DNA of 48,589 nucleotides, taken from contig JAHITK010000006.1 of assembly GCA_018817645.1 (NCBI GenBank), forward strand, positions 1 to 48,589, in the 5' to 3' direction. The translations under genes and the position numbers were made by a program. The stretch is from Patescibacteria group bacterium (GTDB taxonomy: Bacteria > Patescibacteriota > Minisyncoccia > Minisyncoccales > PEYH01). Below, in pieces: positions 19,538-29,604 of the stretch; within the stretch, counting starts at the first letter, position 1; every line of letters begins with the position of its first letter. A model generated the notes under the pieces. It did not search any database. It saw nothing but the letters and a program-made list of their open reading frames with translations, and was not told the origin of the DNA.

Positions 19538-20146
19538 TTAATATATAAAAATGTTATCTAAAAATTTATCAAAAAACTCTGAGCATTTTCCCTCTTCATC
19601 TGGCAAAAATACAGTATCCAATCTATATATCATTTCACCTTTGGGGATTTCTATACCAACTATCTTGCCCCAGCCCTTCTTATCAAAAATTGTTCTTAGA
19701 GATTGATGCCCGCTTATCCCCAAAACATCATATCTCCCAGATATTGAAGCAGAATATTTCTCAGGATCTTGGATACTATTTCTTACTATATCTGCTGTGG
19801 TTTTATCATATTCTATCCAAATACTAAATCCACAACCTGTAGCGAGAAATCCAGCCTCATCAGTCGTGAGGTCTGGACTATTAAAATTCACAATCCACTC
19901 GTCAGGACCTATTTCCCTTTTTTCTACTTCCCATCCTGCCGGCGCTTTGAGATTTATTCCGGCATGCTTGTTTTCCACGATCTTTCCGTCTGGCCCGTCT
20001 TTTATGACATAATATTTGGGCGCTTCAAATTTAACGCCCGGCGTCACTCTTTCGGTGTCCTCGCTTAATCCTAACCATAATAAAACACCTACTATTACCA
20101 AAACAAAAAAACCTAACACGAGAAAGAAATAAAATTTCTTCTTCAT
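19538..20146 (-). CDS. Membrane-anchored exported protein (possibly PsbP-like fold)
   Basis: Likely start MKKKFYF (20146), one TM segment, then GINLKAPAGWEV; translationally adjacent to the giant surface protein. Confidence 0.65.
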   Translation of the reverse strand: MKKKFYFFLVLGFFVLVIVGVLLWLGLSEDTERVTPGVKFEAPKYYVIKDGPDGKIVENKHAGINLKAPAGWEVEKREIGPDEWIVNFNSPDLTTDEAGFLATGCGFSIWIEYDKTTADIVRNSIQDPEKYSASISGRYDVLGISGHQSLRTIFDKKGWGKIVGIEIPKGEMIYRLDTVFLPDEEGKCSEFFDKFLDNIFIY

Positions 20147-20245
20147 AATTTTAGTAAAAATAAAAATATTTGAAGATTGTAGAACATTTTTAAAATTAAA
20201 CCAAACAAAAATAACAAAATACCTGTGGAAAACTTTCCCCAAAAA

Positions 20246-20333
20246 ATTACGAGGCCGGGCCTCGTAGTGAGAATCCTTATATCTGGCGTGGGTTCCGACG
20301 TTTTACGAAAATTACGAGGCCCGGCCTCGTAAT
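20246..20333. repeat. REP doublet, copy 3 (downstream flank of RAYT)
   Basis: Essentially identical to copy 1. Confidence 0.9.
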
Positions 20334-20361
20334 TCTGAAAATCGACTAAATTTTGGACTCA

Positions 20362-20393
20362 AAACTGCTCTAAACTGCTCTAAACTGCTCTAA
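20362..20393. repeat. 10-bp tandem repeat x3
   Basis: aaactgctct repeated three times. Confidence 0.7.
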
Positions 20394-20421
20394 AAAATAT
20401 TAAAAAATAAATCATTCCAAA

Positions 20422-21129
20422 TCATTCTAAAAAATCTGTTTTATCTATTCCTTTAGAATAAATGCTTGATTTGGATAATATCCAAGAGTTTATTTCGTTC
20501 TTAATTTCTTGTTTTCCGTTAAATAACTTCGCAAAAAAATCTTTTTTAATCAATGAAGGAAAATTATCTTTCCCTAAATAATCCTGATAACTGGACCAGC
20601 GATATTCGCTCCCTAAAAATTGAATGGCCTTCTGGGGATTAAGAACTTTCCATTCTTTCCACTGCGGCTCAACGAGTTCTATCGGATTTGTGTTTATATA
20701 AACAAAATTATTTTTAAGCTGCGTTTCTGTCTGGATAAGTTTAGCTCTAAACCGTCCCTCAAAAAGAGATCCTGTTCTTTGATATTTTTTATTAAAAAAA
20801 TACGCATATCCGCCGAGTTTCCTTGTATATTTCGTAATGCCATTTTCTGTGATTTGCCGAATAAGAAGATGAAAATGGTTGCCCATTAAAGCAAATGCGT
20901 GAATTTCGACCAAGGGATTCTTGGGCTGATAAGACATCACCAGCTCTTTTTGTCGCTTCCAAAAAGCGCGGGATTGCCACGGCGAAGGCGCTGTATCGTT
21001 AAAAACTAACAAACTATTAATAAAACGAAGGCGATCTTCATCGTCTAAGAATATTTTACGCTTATCATTTCCGCGCTCTATAATATGGTAGAATTCACCA
21101 TTGATTAATTCGGTTTTTCTTTTTGGCAC
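20422..21129 (-). mobile_element. REP-associated tyrosine transposase (RAYT, Y1/IS200-like HUH nuclease)
   Basis: YHIIERGN..KIF, HUH motif LMGNHFHLL, RTGSLFEGRF, YINTNP and YRWSSY; REP doublets on both sides. Confidence 0.9.
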
Positions 21130-21220
21130 ATATTTATAATAACTTATAACAAAAACTTTTTAAGGGTTAACACCCTGTGGAAAACTTTTATCTATATCCG
21201 TCTCGAGCGGCCCCCAAAAA

Positions 21221-21308
21221 ATTACGAGGCCGGGCCTCGTAGTGAGAATCCTTATATCTGACATGGGTTTTCGGCGATAGCAGAAATTACGAGGCCGGGC
21301 CTCGTAAT
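21221..21308. repeat. REP doublet, copy 4 (upstream flank of RAYT)
   Basis: Two attacgaggccgggcctcgt units, period 65. Confidence 0.9.
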
Positions 21309-21362
21309 TTCTGTCTCTTAATTCTGTTTATTGCAATCTGAATAAAATAGGGTTATAAAAAA

Positions 21363-21603
21363 TAACGGGGCGTTTTGGCTCCAAAACTTGCAAGGAGGTG
21401 ATCGCCGCAATGAAGCGAGCGCTATAGTTCTGTAGTGCCTCGTTACGGTGTACATCGTTATCCTCTCGGGACGCAAAAGAGGATAGCGTCCCTTTTGTCC
21501 AAGGGACCCCTTTGGTCGGACAACACAGGACAACCGCACAAACATAGCACTCTCGGGTAAAACCCAGACATCAACAAGGCGGACCTTTCCAAGGCCCGCC
21601 TTT
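21363..21603 (+). ncRNA. Candidate structured RNA / leader with a perfect SD and a 5-codon ORF
   Basis: Upstream TTGCAA-N17-TATAAA (21331-21359); multibranch stems with G-U pairs on the plus strand; closing hairpin 21575-21603. Strand not certain. Confidence 0.35.
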
Positions 21604-21695
21604 CCCGTTTCAAGATAATATAACCGAGATTGCCATTGACACGGATTAAATATAGTGTTATCATATTATTACTTTGCTGAAGTTAAGGAGGGCAT

Positions 21696-21929
21696 ATGAA
21701 TACTCTACGCGAAGTCCTAAAAAAGGACTGGCCTATGATCGGATGGAAGAGGGCAGCCAAGATTTCTGTCCTCTGTGTCGTGATGGCGTGCGGGATAATC
21801 CTGGGCGGATTCCCGGGAACCAAACTCTTGGAAGTTCTGGGTTTGGGCTGCGGTTTAGGCGCTGGATTTACTTTGATTGCTTTTGCTACTGCCATCTGGC
21901 GCATCCACCGCCAAACAGAATCGCCATAA
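21696..21929 (+). CDS. Small two-TM membrane protein
   Basis: Promoter TTGACA-N17-TATCAT (21636-21664), SD AAGGAGG, two hydrophobic segments, terminator hairpin 21939-21977. Confidence 0.7.
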   Translation: MNTLREVLKKDWPMIGWKRAAKISVLCVVMACGIILGGFPGTKLLEVLGLGCGLGAGFTLIAFATAIWRIHRQTESP

Positions 21930-22054
21930 AGACGAGGCAAAGGAAAAGGAGAAACACAACTTCTCCTTTTTCCTTTTCTGGATTAAAAACCAAACGGAGT
22001 ATCAAAAACCCTCTGGATAACTTTTATTTATACCCGCCCCGGTCGGGCCAAAAA

Positions 22055-22141
22055 ATTACGAGGCCGGGCCTCGTAGTGAGAATCCGTTGATTTGACGCGG
22101 TTTCCGCCAAATGCAAAAATTACGAGGCCCGGCCTCGTAAT
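22055..22141. repeat. REP doublet, copy 5
   Basis: Spacer nearly identical to copy 2; period 64. Confidence 0.9.
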
Positions 22142-22185
22142 GACCTCATAATAATAAAAGCCAAAGGGTTAGGAGATAGATTGCT

Positions 22186-23124
22186 CTACCCAACCCTCTG
22201 GCTCTCAATTTTCTCAAGCCATTTTTGAATGGCTTTTATTGCTGTTTGAGTATGCTCCCTGCTCTCAAAAATTATATGAGGAGCGCCGCTTAAAGAAACT
22301 ATTGTCTTGTCGCAGGGATGCCGCTCAAGAAACGCTTCTGCTTGCTGATTGGCTGGAATCAAGTCATTTTCCGACTTGAGAAGCAAAACAGGCACGTTCG
22401 GCGGAAGAATTATTGCTGGAGCATTGATTAAGGATTCTAAACTCTCGATGGTAAAAGATATCACTGTATCCGGGTCTTTCAGGAATCTTGTGATTAGTTT
22501 TCTTGTTTCTTTGAACTGGGTGGTAACGGCCTCGGTGGAAGGAATGCTCCAGTTAACAAAGACAAAAACAGGGATTGGCGGCTTAAATCTGCGCTTCAAT
22601 TCCTCATAATAGCGCCATTGAGGAATCTTTAAAATTCTCGGCTTCACATATTGTCCGATCTCGGCTCCAGAACTGGCAAAACCAGCCTGGAAAATAGCGC
22701 CGTCTAAGACATCACCTTTGTCCTCGGCCAGAAGATAACTGGTGACAATGCCTCCGATAGAGGAACCCAAACCATAAACAATTTCTGGTCGGAATTCCTG
22801 TTTTAACCAGTAAACTGCTCTCTGAAGCTGCTGACAAAGAGTTGTCAGTTCAAAATCGCAGCAACTGCGAAGTTTGTTAAACAGGCCCTTACGATTGCCA
22901 ACTGTGACTCCTCCCCGGCTCTGCCCTATTCCCGGCAAGTCAATAGCGATAAGAGTTGCTTCAAGTTGAACAGCAATTTCTTTCAGTGCCTCTTTGAACC
23001 ATCCTCCGTGGAGGCAAATAGGAGAAAGATAAACAATCAATCTCTTCCCTGCCCCTTGATACAGCCAAGCGCCCAGAGCATCCTGCTCTCCGTCAGTTCT
23101 TATCAAAATCTCTTTTGGCTCCAT
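22186..23124 (-). CDS. Alpha/beta-fold hydrolase (lysophospholipase/esterase-like)
   Basis: IDLPGIGQS, nucleophile elbow GSSIGG, ENDLI (Asp), GAPH (His); SD AGGAGGTG before the ATG at 23124. Confidence 0.85.
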   Translation of the reverse strand: MEPKEILIRTDGEQDALGAWLYQGAGKRLIVYLSPICLHGGWFKEALKEIAVQLEATLIAIDLPGIGQSRGGVTVGNRKGLFNKLRSCCDFELTTLCQQLQRAVYWLKQEFRPEIVYGLGSSIGGIVTSYLLAEDKGDVLDGAIFQAGFASSGAEIGQYVKPRILKIPQWRYYEELKRRFKPPIPVFVFVNWSIPSTEAVTTQFKETRKLITRFLKDPDTVISFTIESLESLINAPAIILPPNVPVLLLKSENDLIPANQQAEAFLERHPCDKTIVSLSGAPHIIFESREHTQTAIKAIQKWLEKIESQRVG

Positions 23125-23183
23125 TCTCTTCACCTCCTTTTCAAAGAACCACTTTTATATTACCGCTTTTACCTTTTTTTTGT

Positions 23184-23218
23184 AAAGAAAAAGAGAGCGC
23201 CGGAAAGCCAGCGCTCTC
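23184..23218 (-). terminator. Intrinsic terminator after plsY
   Basis: gagagcgc...gcgctctc stem followed by a U-tract on the minus strand. Confidence 0.65.
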
Positions 23219-23237
23219 GCATCTCATTTTCCATAAT

Positions 23238-23951
23238 TCAAACTCCAACTGCCAAATCTGACAGATATCTTCTGACTCTGCCCACATGCTTGAGCAGGGC
23301 GATGATAGTGGCTCCAAGGGCTATCCAGAAAAGTTGATGCCCAAAACAGAACCATATTATAGGAAGAGTGCCAGCGATACCGATTATCCTTCCCAAGACC
23401 TGCGAACCAAGCACAGAAAAGGCCTTCTTAAACAATCCTTTGAATCCTGCCTTTCTGGGCATCGGCTCCTTGAACTCCATAGTGGTCATCACAAATTCAG
23501 TGAGCCAAACAGTGGCAATGACAACACCCACTGCCGCGAAACCAGCTCCGGGATTCAAAAACAAGACAGCGCCGAGAAGACAGGCCAGGCCTTTTCCACC
23601 TTTAAAACCGAGAGAAACTGGCCAGTTGTGACCAATGACCACAAAGGCGGCGGCCAAAGCAAACAGCCAAAGGGTCAGAGAGGGGGAGAAGTGTTGAATC
23701 CTGGAAACCCCGAAGGCAATTGCCATAACAACTACTCCTTTCCCGACATCTCCGATTAAGGCCGTAAGCAGAGGCCCAATCTTTTTTGTCGCCCGCCAGA
23801 CATTCATTGCTCCAATGTTGCCGGAGCCCTCTTTGGATAAGTCCTTCCCATGCCTTTTGGCCACCAAATGACTAAAAGGGATGGATCCTATTAGATAGCT
23901 GATACACATAATCGCAACCAAATACACTCCTTCCAAATCTGCCCCTTCCAT
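23238..23951 (-). CDS. plsY: Acyl-phosphate:glycerol-3-phosphate acyltransferase
   Basis: SYLIGSIPFS, GSGNIGAMNVWR, DVGKG, GHNWPVSLGFKGGKGLA; SD AAGGAGG before ATG 23951. Confidence 0.92.
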   Translation of the reverse strand: MEGADLEGVYLVAIMCISYLIGSIPFSHLVAKRHGKDLSKEGSGNIGAMNVWRATKKIGPLLTALIGDVGKGVVVMAIAFGVSRIQHFSPSLTLWLFALAAAFVVIGHNWPVSLGFKGGKGLACLLGAVLFLNPGAGFAAVGVVIATVWLTEFVMTTMEFKEPMPRKAGFKGLFKKAFSVLGSQVLGRIIGIAGTLPIIWFCFGHQLFWIALGATIIALLKHVGRVRRYLSDLAVGV

Positions 23952-24091
23952 TTCGGCCTCCTTATAAGTTGACAAATATTGCTATTTTCATATTATATCT
24001 TAGTTTGACTTTGTCAATCAATTATGGTAAAAAATGACAATCACACAGGTAATGTTGTTCATTGACAAAACCCATAGAGGAGGTGAACAAA

Positions 24092-24802
24092 GTGCCAAAG
24101 CAGAGAAAGAAGGGGCTTCGTATTCAGGTTTTAAAGAGAGCAACTCTTTCAGTAGAGTTCCTGAAAACCATGCTCCACAATATGAGCCGGGCGGTTGCTG
24201 ACAAGATAGACGAAATCAACAAAAGGAATTATTATCCAGTGCCTGATAAAGACACAGGCAGCAATTTAGCCAAAACCATTGGTGAGGCCGCTGAAATTGT
24301 AGGCAGCAAGGAATATCCTTCTGCGAGAGAACTCATTGAAGACCTCACCGAGGAGATCCTGCTGGATAGTGCGCGGGGAAACATCGGTCTTATTGTGACA
24401 GCCTGGCTTTCGGCATTCCTCGTCCGATTGTCAGAAGGAGAAGAGCTGAACTCAAAAACCTTGGCTCATGCCTTTAAGGAAGGAGAAAAGGCGGCCTATG
24501 AGGTCTTGGACAATCCCCGCAAAGGCACTGTCTTGGATCCCATCACGAGTTCAAGCAAAGCCGCTCTTGCAGCCTCAGAAAACCAAGCAGATCTTAGAGA
24601 ACTGGTAAAAGCAGTGCGCGCAAAAGCGCAGACAGCTCTTGAGAAAACCACAGAAGAACTGGAGGCATTGCTAAAGGGAGATTTCAGTCCAGAAGAAATC
24701 CAGCGATTGAAAAAGGAAAAAGTCGTTGACGCCGGGGCCTTTGGCTTCGTGATAATGCTCGGCCGCTTCTTAGACCTGCTTCAATCAGCGGCAAGAGAGT
24801 AA
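24092..24802 (+). CDS. fakA: DAK2-domain protein, fatty acid kinase A catalytic part
   Basis: NYYPVPDKDTGSNL, ARGNIG, PRKGTVLD, VVDAGAFG; GTG start at 24092 after SD GGAGGTG. Confidence 0.85.
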   Translation: MPKQRKKGLRIQVLKRATLSVEFLKTMLHNMSRAVADKIDEINKRNYYPVPDKDTGSNLAKTIGEAAEIVGSKEYPSARELIEDLTEEILLDSARGNIGLIVTAWLSAFLVRLSEGEELNSKTLAHAFKEGEKAAYEVLDNPRKGTVLDPITSSSKAALAASENQADLRELVKAVRAKAQTALEKTTEELEALLKGDFSPEEIQRLKKEKVVDAGAFGFVIMLGRFLDLLQSAARE

Positions 24803-24812
24803 GGAGACAAAA

Positions 24813-25109
24813 GTGAAGAAGAAAAAAAAGAAAGCAAGACCTCGCTATGAAATCGTGGCAAGAATCTTCAGGAATACAACAATGCCGTTAAGGGACTGGA
24901 AAGAGCAGATTGCAACAGAGCTTCGTGAATTGGGCAACAGTTTAGATATCCACGTCAACCATTCGGGCAAAAAAGCCGTCATTCACATCCACACCAATGC
25001 GCCTGAAGAGGTGAAAATCATCATTACTGCCTTCAGTAAGGCCGATACAACTCCTCGATTTGAGGAACAAGACCTGGAAGAACAGGTAAGGGAGGTGCAG
25101 AATGTCTGA
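24813..25109 (+). CDS. FakA middle-domain-like protein (split from the DAK2 part)
   Basis: LRELGNSLD...VIHIHTNAPEEV...EQDLEEQ resembles the GDS...KVHVHT..P...M..Q region of FakA/YloV. Confidence 0.7.
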   Translation: MKKKKKKARPRYEIVARIFRNTTMPLRDWKEQIATELRELGNSLDIHVNHSGKKAVIHIHTNAPEEVKIIITAFSKADTTPRFEEQDLEEQVREVQNV

Positions 25110-26028
25110 CAAGAAACCATTGGGACTGGTTGTTGGCGAGACCGCGGATCTGCCTCAATCCTTTACACAAAAAAACGGGATTGAAGTAGTGCAGTTTGAA
25201 GTGAATTTCCCTGAAGACATTTCCGACCGGAATCCCAGAAAGAACTTCTACGCAAGAATGAGGCAGGGAGAGATACCAAAAACCGCCCAGCCGCCTGTTG
25301 GGCAATACCTAAAGGCCTTCCGCGCGGCGCTGGACAAGTTTGACCAAATCCTGGTCATTATTATGACCGGTGATCTTTCGGGAGCCCTCCAGTCATCTCA
25401 ACAGGCCAAGAGAAGAATGCCTGAAGAAGAACAAGCAAAGGTCCATATCATTGACTCGCGCCTGGCAAGCGTTGCCGAAGGCCTGGTGTGCTGGAAAGCC
25501 CAAGAACTCATCAAGGCGGGCAAGGATACCATCGAAATTGTTGGATATCTTGAGTCGATAAAAAAGGCCGAGGAGCTCATTGCCGAAGGCAAAAACCCTG
25601 AGCAAATTCTTGGATTTGAACCGCTGGAAATCGGTTCCTTGGGCCTTCTGGAAAGCGCGAAGTGGCTAGAAATCGGAGGAAGAATCTCACACGCAGACGC
25701 TGTCAAGGCAGAAATCGCCAAGAAGATTGGCATGCGGGCCGCGATCACCCTGAAACACGGCAAAGTGGAAGGAGTAGGAAAAAAGGGCGTGAAATTCTCT
25801 CCAAGAGGAGTAGTCGCCTCTCTCTTAGGGGAAATAAAGAGGGCTCGGCAACAGCTCGGTCCAGATATGAAAATTGCCATTGCTCATGCTGATGTTTCAA
25901 AAAAGCAGCTGCAAAAGCTTATAATGGGCATAAGGGATATGAGGGTTGAACTCCTCTTTGTTTCAGAGATAACCCCAGTCCTTGGAACCTATAGCGGTCC
26001 AGGCACCATCTTGATTGCCTGGATATAG
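25102..26028 (+). CDS. degV: DegV-family fatty-acid-binding protein (FakB)
   Basis: TADLP, PKTAQP, LSGALQS, IIDSR, GGRI, IAHAD, TPVLGTYSGPG. Confidence 0.92.
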   Translation: MSDKKPLGLVVGETADLPQSFTQKNGIEVVQFEVNFPEDISDRNPRKNFYARMRQGEIPKTAQPPVGQYLKAFRAALDKFDQILVIIMTGDLSGALQSSQQAKRRMPEEEQAKVHIIDSRLASVAEGLVCWKAQELIKAGKDTIEIVGYLESIKKAEELIAEGKNPEQILGFEPLEIGSLGLLESAKWLEIGGRISHADAVKAEIAKKIGMRAAITLKHGKVEGVGKKGVKFSPRGVVASLLGEIKRARQQLGPDMKIAIAHADVSKKQLQKLIMGIRDMRVELLFVSEITPVLGTYSGPGTILIAWI

Positions 26029-26162
26029 CAACACCCTGACGGGAACAAACTTTCTTTGGATGAAAGTGATCTCGTTGGGGTTTTCTTTTTAAATTTCGCA
26101 TATTTTAAAATTTCACATATTTTAAAGTAAAATAATCCTCTGTGGATAACTTTTCCCAAAAA

Positions 26163-26250
26163 ATTACGAGGCCGGGCCTCGTTGCGACAATCCCTAATAC
26201 TGGCGTGGGTTTCGACGTTTAGCATAAATTACGAGGCCGGGCCTCGTACT
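26163..26250. repeat. REP doublet, copy 6
   Basis: Two palindromic units, diverged spacer, period 65. Confidence 0.9.
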
Positions 26251-26265
26251 GTTGTTTTGCGTTGA

Positions 26266-26293
26266 AAAAAAACAGAGGCAGGGGTCTGCCTCT
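26266..26293 (-). terminator. Intrinsic terminator
   Basis: agaggcag...ctgcctct stem with a U-tract on the minus strand. Confidence 0.6.
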
Positions 26294-26359
26294 TGGCGTT
26301 GGCGCGCTTTCTCAAAGAGAAAGCGCGCAGATAAGGTTGTCAAAGTGCGGTTGAGTTTT

Positions 26360-26392
26360 CCCGGTCGGGGCGCCACAGGCGCCCCGACCGGG
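26360..26392. repeat. Perfect 15-bp GC hairpin with 3-nt loop
   Basis: cccggtcggggcgcc-aca-ggcgccccgaccggg. Confidence 0.7.
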
Positions 26393-26538
26393 TGTGAAAA
26401 AGCGAAAAAGAAAGTGCGGAGAAAAAGATGGTCAAATCTCCGTCTGTGTACTACTACGTAAATCCTGAAAGCGCCACAACGATCATTGTGCGTCACCCCT
26501 TACCTGTGTTCTTGCCACTAGTCATCGAAGAAGTACTT

Positions 26539-26619
26539 CTAGAAGACCACGACAGCCAAAGCCACAGCGGAGATAACGAGCGACAACACGGCCAACGAAA
26601 GGACCAACGCCCTCTTCAT
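26539..26619 (-). CDS. 26-aa hydrophobic microprotein MKRALVLSLAVLSLVISAVALAVVVF
   Basis: SD AAGGAG upstream of ATG 26619; a single TM helix. Confidence 0.45.
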   Translation of the reverse strand: MKRALVLSLAVLSLVISAVALAVVVF

Positions 26620-26783
26620 CTCTGACTCTCCTTTTCCGAACCTGCAATAGCAGGGCTTCGATCGCTCACCACAACAGTTTGGCGCGAACCATTCACCTCC
26701 TTTTACAGAGATTCCCTCACTCAAAAATCTTGAGTTCAGACCAAAAAATCCGAGTCCTGACAGATCCTCTGGTCCAAACTCAA

Positions 26784-29477
26784 TTATTTTATTTTAACCC
26801 CTTCTCTTTTCTTAGACAAGGTTTTCAAAAAATTGAAAATGATTTCCCCTGCTTTAACGCTCAAATTAACCGTTTCTCCTTGTTTGATTTCCCCAATCAC
26901 AATTTTCAAGGAAAGCGGGTCAAGAATGAATTTCTGGATGACCCTTTTCAACGGCCGGGCGCCCAAATTCATATCAAAACCTTTTTCCGCCAGCAATTCT
27001 TTGGCTTCCTTGTCAGCCCGCAATTTTATCCCCTTCCTTTCCAGCCGCTTAGAGACCTTGACAAGCTCAAGCTCAACAATCTGCTGAATTTGTTTTTTGG
27101 CCAAATAATTGAAGATTATAATCTCATCAACCCGGTTCAAAAACTCCGGCCGAAAATTTTCTTTCAACGCCTCGTTCACCCTGTCTTTCAATGTCTGAAA
27201 TTCTTCTTTATCATTGTCTATAAATCCCATTGTGCCCATTTTGGCAATAAATTCCGAGCCAAGATTGGAAGTCATAATAATAATGGTGTTTTTGAATGAA
27301 ACCGGCCGGCCTTTGGCATCAGTGAGCCGTCCGTCATCTAAAATCTGAAGCAGGATGTTAAAGACCTCGGGATGGGCTTTTTCTATTTCATCCAAAAGCA
27401 CAACGTTGTAAGGCCTTCTCCTGATTTTCTCGGTAAGCTGTCCAGCTTCCTCATAGCCCACATAGCCCGGAGGCGAACCAATCATCTTGGACACGCTGTG
27501 GGACTCCATATACTCTGACATATCTAAGCGAATCAAAGCATTCTCGTCATTAAACAGAAATTCTGCCAAGGCCTTGGCGGTTTCGGTTTTACCAACGCCG
27601 GTGGGACCTAAAAATATAAAGGAACCGAGAGGTTTGTTTTCCTCGGCAATCCCGGCCCGGCTGCGCCTGATAGCATTGGAAATGGCTTCTATCGCCTGTT
27701 CTTGGCCTACGACCCGGCGGGAAATGGAATTTTCCATTCTTACCAATTTTTTTGTTTCCTCTTCCAATAAATTAGTGGCGGGAATTCCGGTCCAATGCGA
27801 AACCACCCGGGCAATGTCTTCCTCCCCGACTTCCTCTTTCAAAACCTGATGTTTTTTTCTAAAATTAGTAAGCTCCTGCTCTTTTTTCTGAACGTCTTTC
27901 AATATATTCGGAACTAATCCGTATTTGATACGCGCTACTTTTTCCAAATCGCCTTCGCGCTCAGCCACTTCGGCCTCAAAACTTAATCTTTCATTGTCTG
28001 TTTTCAAAACCTTAAGCGCCTGAATTAAGTCCTTCTCTGTTTTCCATTTCATCTCCAAACCTTTTGCTTTTTCTTTCAAATCAGCCAATGTTCTTAAGCA
28101 GGCAGACAACCTCTTTTTTGAAGCAGGATCCTGCTCGTTTTTTAGCGCCTCCCTTTCAATGGTCAGCCGCTGTATTTCTTTCTTCACTTCCTCCACTTCC
28201 GCTGGTTCTGATTCCATTTCCAAACGCAATCCGGAAGCCGCTTCATCCATCAAGTCCACGGCCTTATCAGGCAGAAATCTGTCTGCGATATATCTGGCAG
28301 AAAGCTCGGCAGCAGCGATTAAAGCCGAATCCCTTATTTTTACGCCATGATGAAGTTCGTATTTTTGCTTAATGCCCCTTAAAATCGCAATCGTATCTTC
28401 TATGCTCGGCTCAACAACATATACCGGCATAAATCTTCTCTCCAAAGCCGGGTCTCTTTCAATGTATTTTTGGTATTCTTTCAGAGTGGTGGCTCCGATG
28501 GCTCTCAATTGTCCGCGGGCCAGGGCCGGTTTTAATAAATTAGAGGCATCAATCGCGCCCTCGGCCGCGCCGGCGCCCATCACGGTATGGAGCTCGTCAA
28601 TAAGAAGAAAATAGTGGTCTTTGGCGCGCTCAATTTCCTTTAAGAGCGCTTTTATCCTCTGCTCAAACTCTCCGCGGAATTTTGTTCCGGCAATCAAAAG
28701 ACCCAAATCAAGGGCAATAATCTCCTTATTCTTCAAGCTCTCCGGCGCATCCCCTTTGATAATCCTCTGGGCCAATCCCTCAACAATGGCGGTCTTGCCA
28801 ACACCGGCCTCGCCGATTAAAACCGGGTTGTTTTTCGTCCGCCGGGAAAGAATCTGAACCACCCTTCTTATCTCATTCTCCCGGCCAATCACCGGGTCAA
28901 GTTTTCCTTCCTCAGCCAACTTGGTGAGGTTCTTGCAATATTTTTCAATCACTTGATACTTGGACTCTGGATCCGGATCGGTAATGTTCTCTCCGCCCCT
29001 CATCTCTGACAAAAGTTTCAAAACATTTTCATAATCAAGACCAACGGAACCGTAAGGGAATAAAATCTTCTTGGCTTCAGAAGGCACTTCAAGCAGAGCC
29101 AGGAAAAGATGCTCCACGGAAATAAACTGGTCTTTCATCCTGATTGATTCTTTTCTCGCCCGATCAAGAACGCCTGCCAAATCTTGGGTTAGATAAAATT
29201 GAAGTCCCATCGGCTGATCTTCAAAATCATCAAGATTAGAAATATGCTCCCTTGATTTAATCGCCTTAACCATTTTGTTTTTCAATTCCGGCACCACAAT
29301 CTTTAACTTGCGCAAGATAGCGGAGACAATCGTGTCTTCCTGGCTGACCAAAGAATACAAAAGATGCAGCGCGTCAATCTGCTGCTGATTTTGTTTCCGC
29401 GCCAGCGACTGGGACATCAAAATGGCTTGCTGGGCTTTTTGAGTAAAATCTCCGCCAGGATTTGCAAACATAAACAA
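26784..29477 (-). CDS. clpB: ATP-dependent chaperone ClpB
   Basis: Clp N-domain, GEAGVGKT, long coiled-coil M-domain, [22 protein letters not shown]. Confidence 0.95.
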   Translation of the reverse strand: MFMFANPGGDFTQKAQQAILMSQSLARKQNQQQIDALHLLYSLVSQEDTIVSAILRKLKIVVPELKNKMVKAIKSREHISNLDDFEDQPMGLQFYLTQDLAGVLDRARKESIRMKDQFISVEHLFLALLEVPSEAKKILFPYGSVGLDYENVLKLLSEMRGGENITDPDPESKYQVIEKYCKNLTKLAEEGKLDPVIGRENEIRRVVQILSRRTKNNPVLIGEAGVGKTAIVEGLAQRIIKGDAPESLKNKEIIALDLGLLIAGTKFRGEFEQRIKALLKEIERAKDHYFLLIDELHTVMGAGAAEGAIDASNLLKPALARGQLRAIGATTLKEYQKYIERDPALERRFMPVYVVEPSIEDTIAILRGIKQKYELHHGVKIRDSALIAAAELSARYIADRFLPDKAVDLMDEAASGLRLEMESEPAEVEEVKKEIQRLTIEREALKNEQDPASKKRLSACLRTLADLKEKAKGLEMKWKTEKDLIQALKVLKTDNERLSFEAEVAEREGDLEKVARIKYGLVPNILKDVQKKEQELTNFRKKHQVLKEEVGEEDIARVVSHWTGIPATNLLEEETKKLVRMENSISRRVVGQEQAIEAISNAIRRSRAGIAEENKPLGSFIFLGPTGVGKTETAKALAEFLFNDENALIRLDMSEYMESHSVSKMIGSPPGYVGYEEAGQLTEKIRRRPYNVVLLDEIEKAHPEVFNILLQILDDGRLTDAKGRPVSFKNTIIIMTSNLGSEFIAKMGTMGFIDNDKEEFQTLKDRVNEALKENFRPEFLNRVDEIIIFNYLAKKQIQQIVELELVKVSKRLERKGIKLRADKEAKELLAEKGFDMNLGARPLKRVIQKFILDPLSLKIVIGEIKQGETVNLSVKAGEIIFNFLKTLSKKREGVKIK

Positions 29478-29604
29478 TTTAACAAATTAACAATTAAACA
29501 AGCGCTTCGCTTTAACAATGAAACAATTCTCCCTATTCTTATTTAAACCCAAAAGACACCGAAAGTCAACCTCAAAAAGGCCAACTCTTGAATATTTTTT
29601 TGTT

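Noticed and set aside
21363-21500. tmRNA, 16S rRNA fragment or c-di-GMP-I riboswitch
   Set aside because: No T-arm/CCA end or plausible tag peptide; the match to the 16S 3' end is only 12 nt; GGGACGCAAA lacks the upstream GGCAAA...GAAA stem.
29470-29530. TTAACAA-type repeats upstream of clpB as a heat-shock operator
   Set aside because: No match to CIRCE or CtsR consensus; looks like low-complexity repeat.
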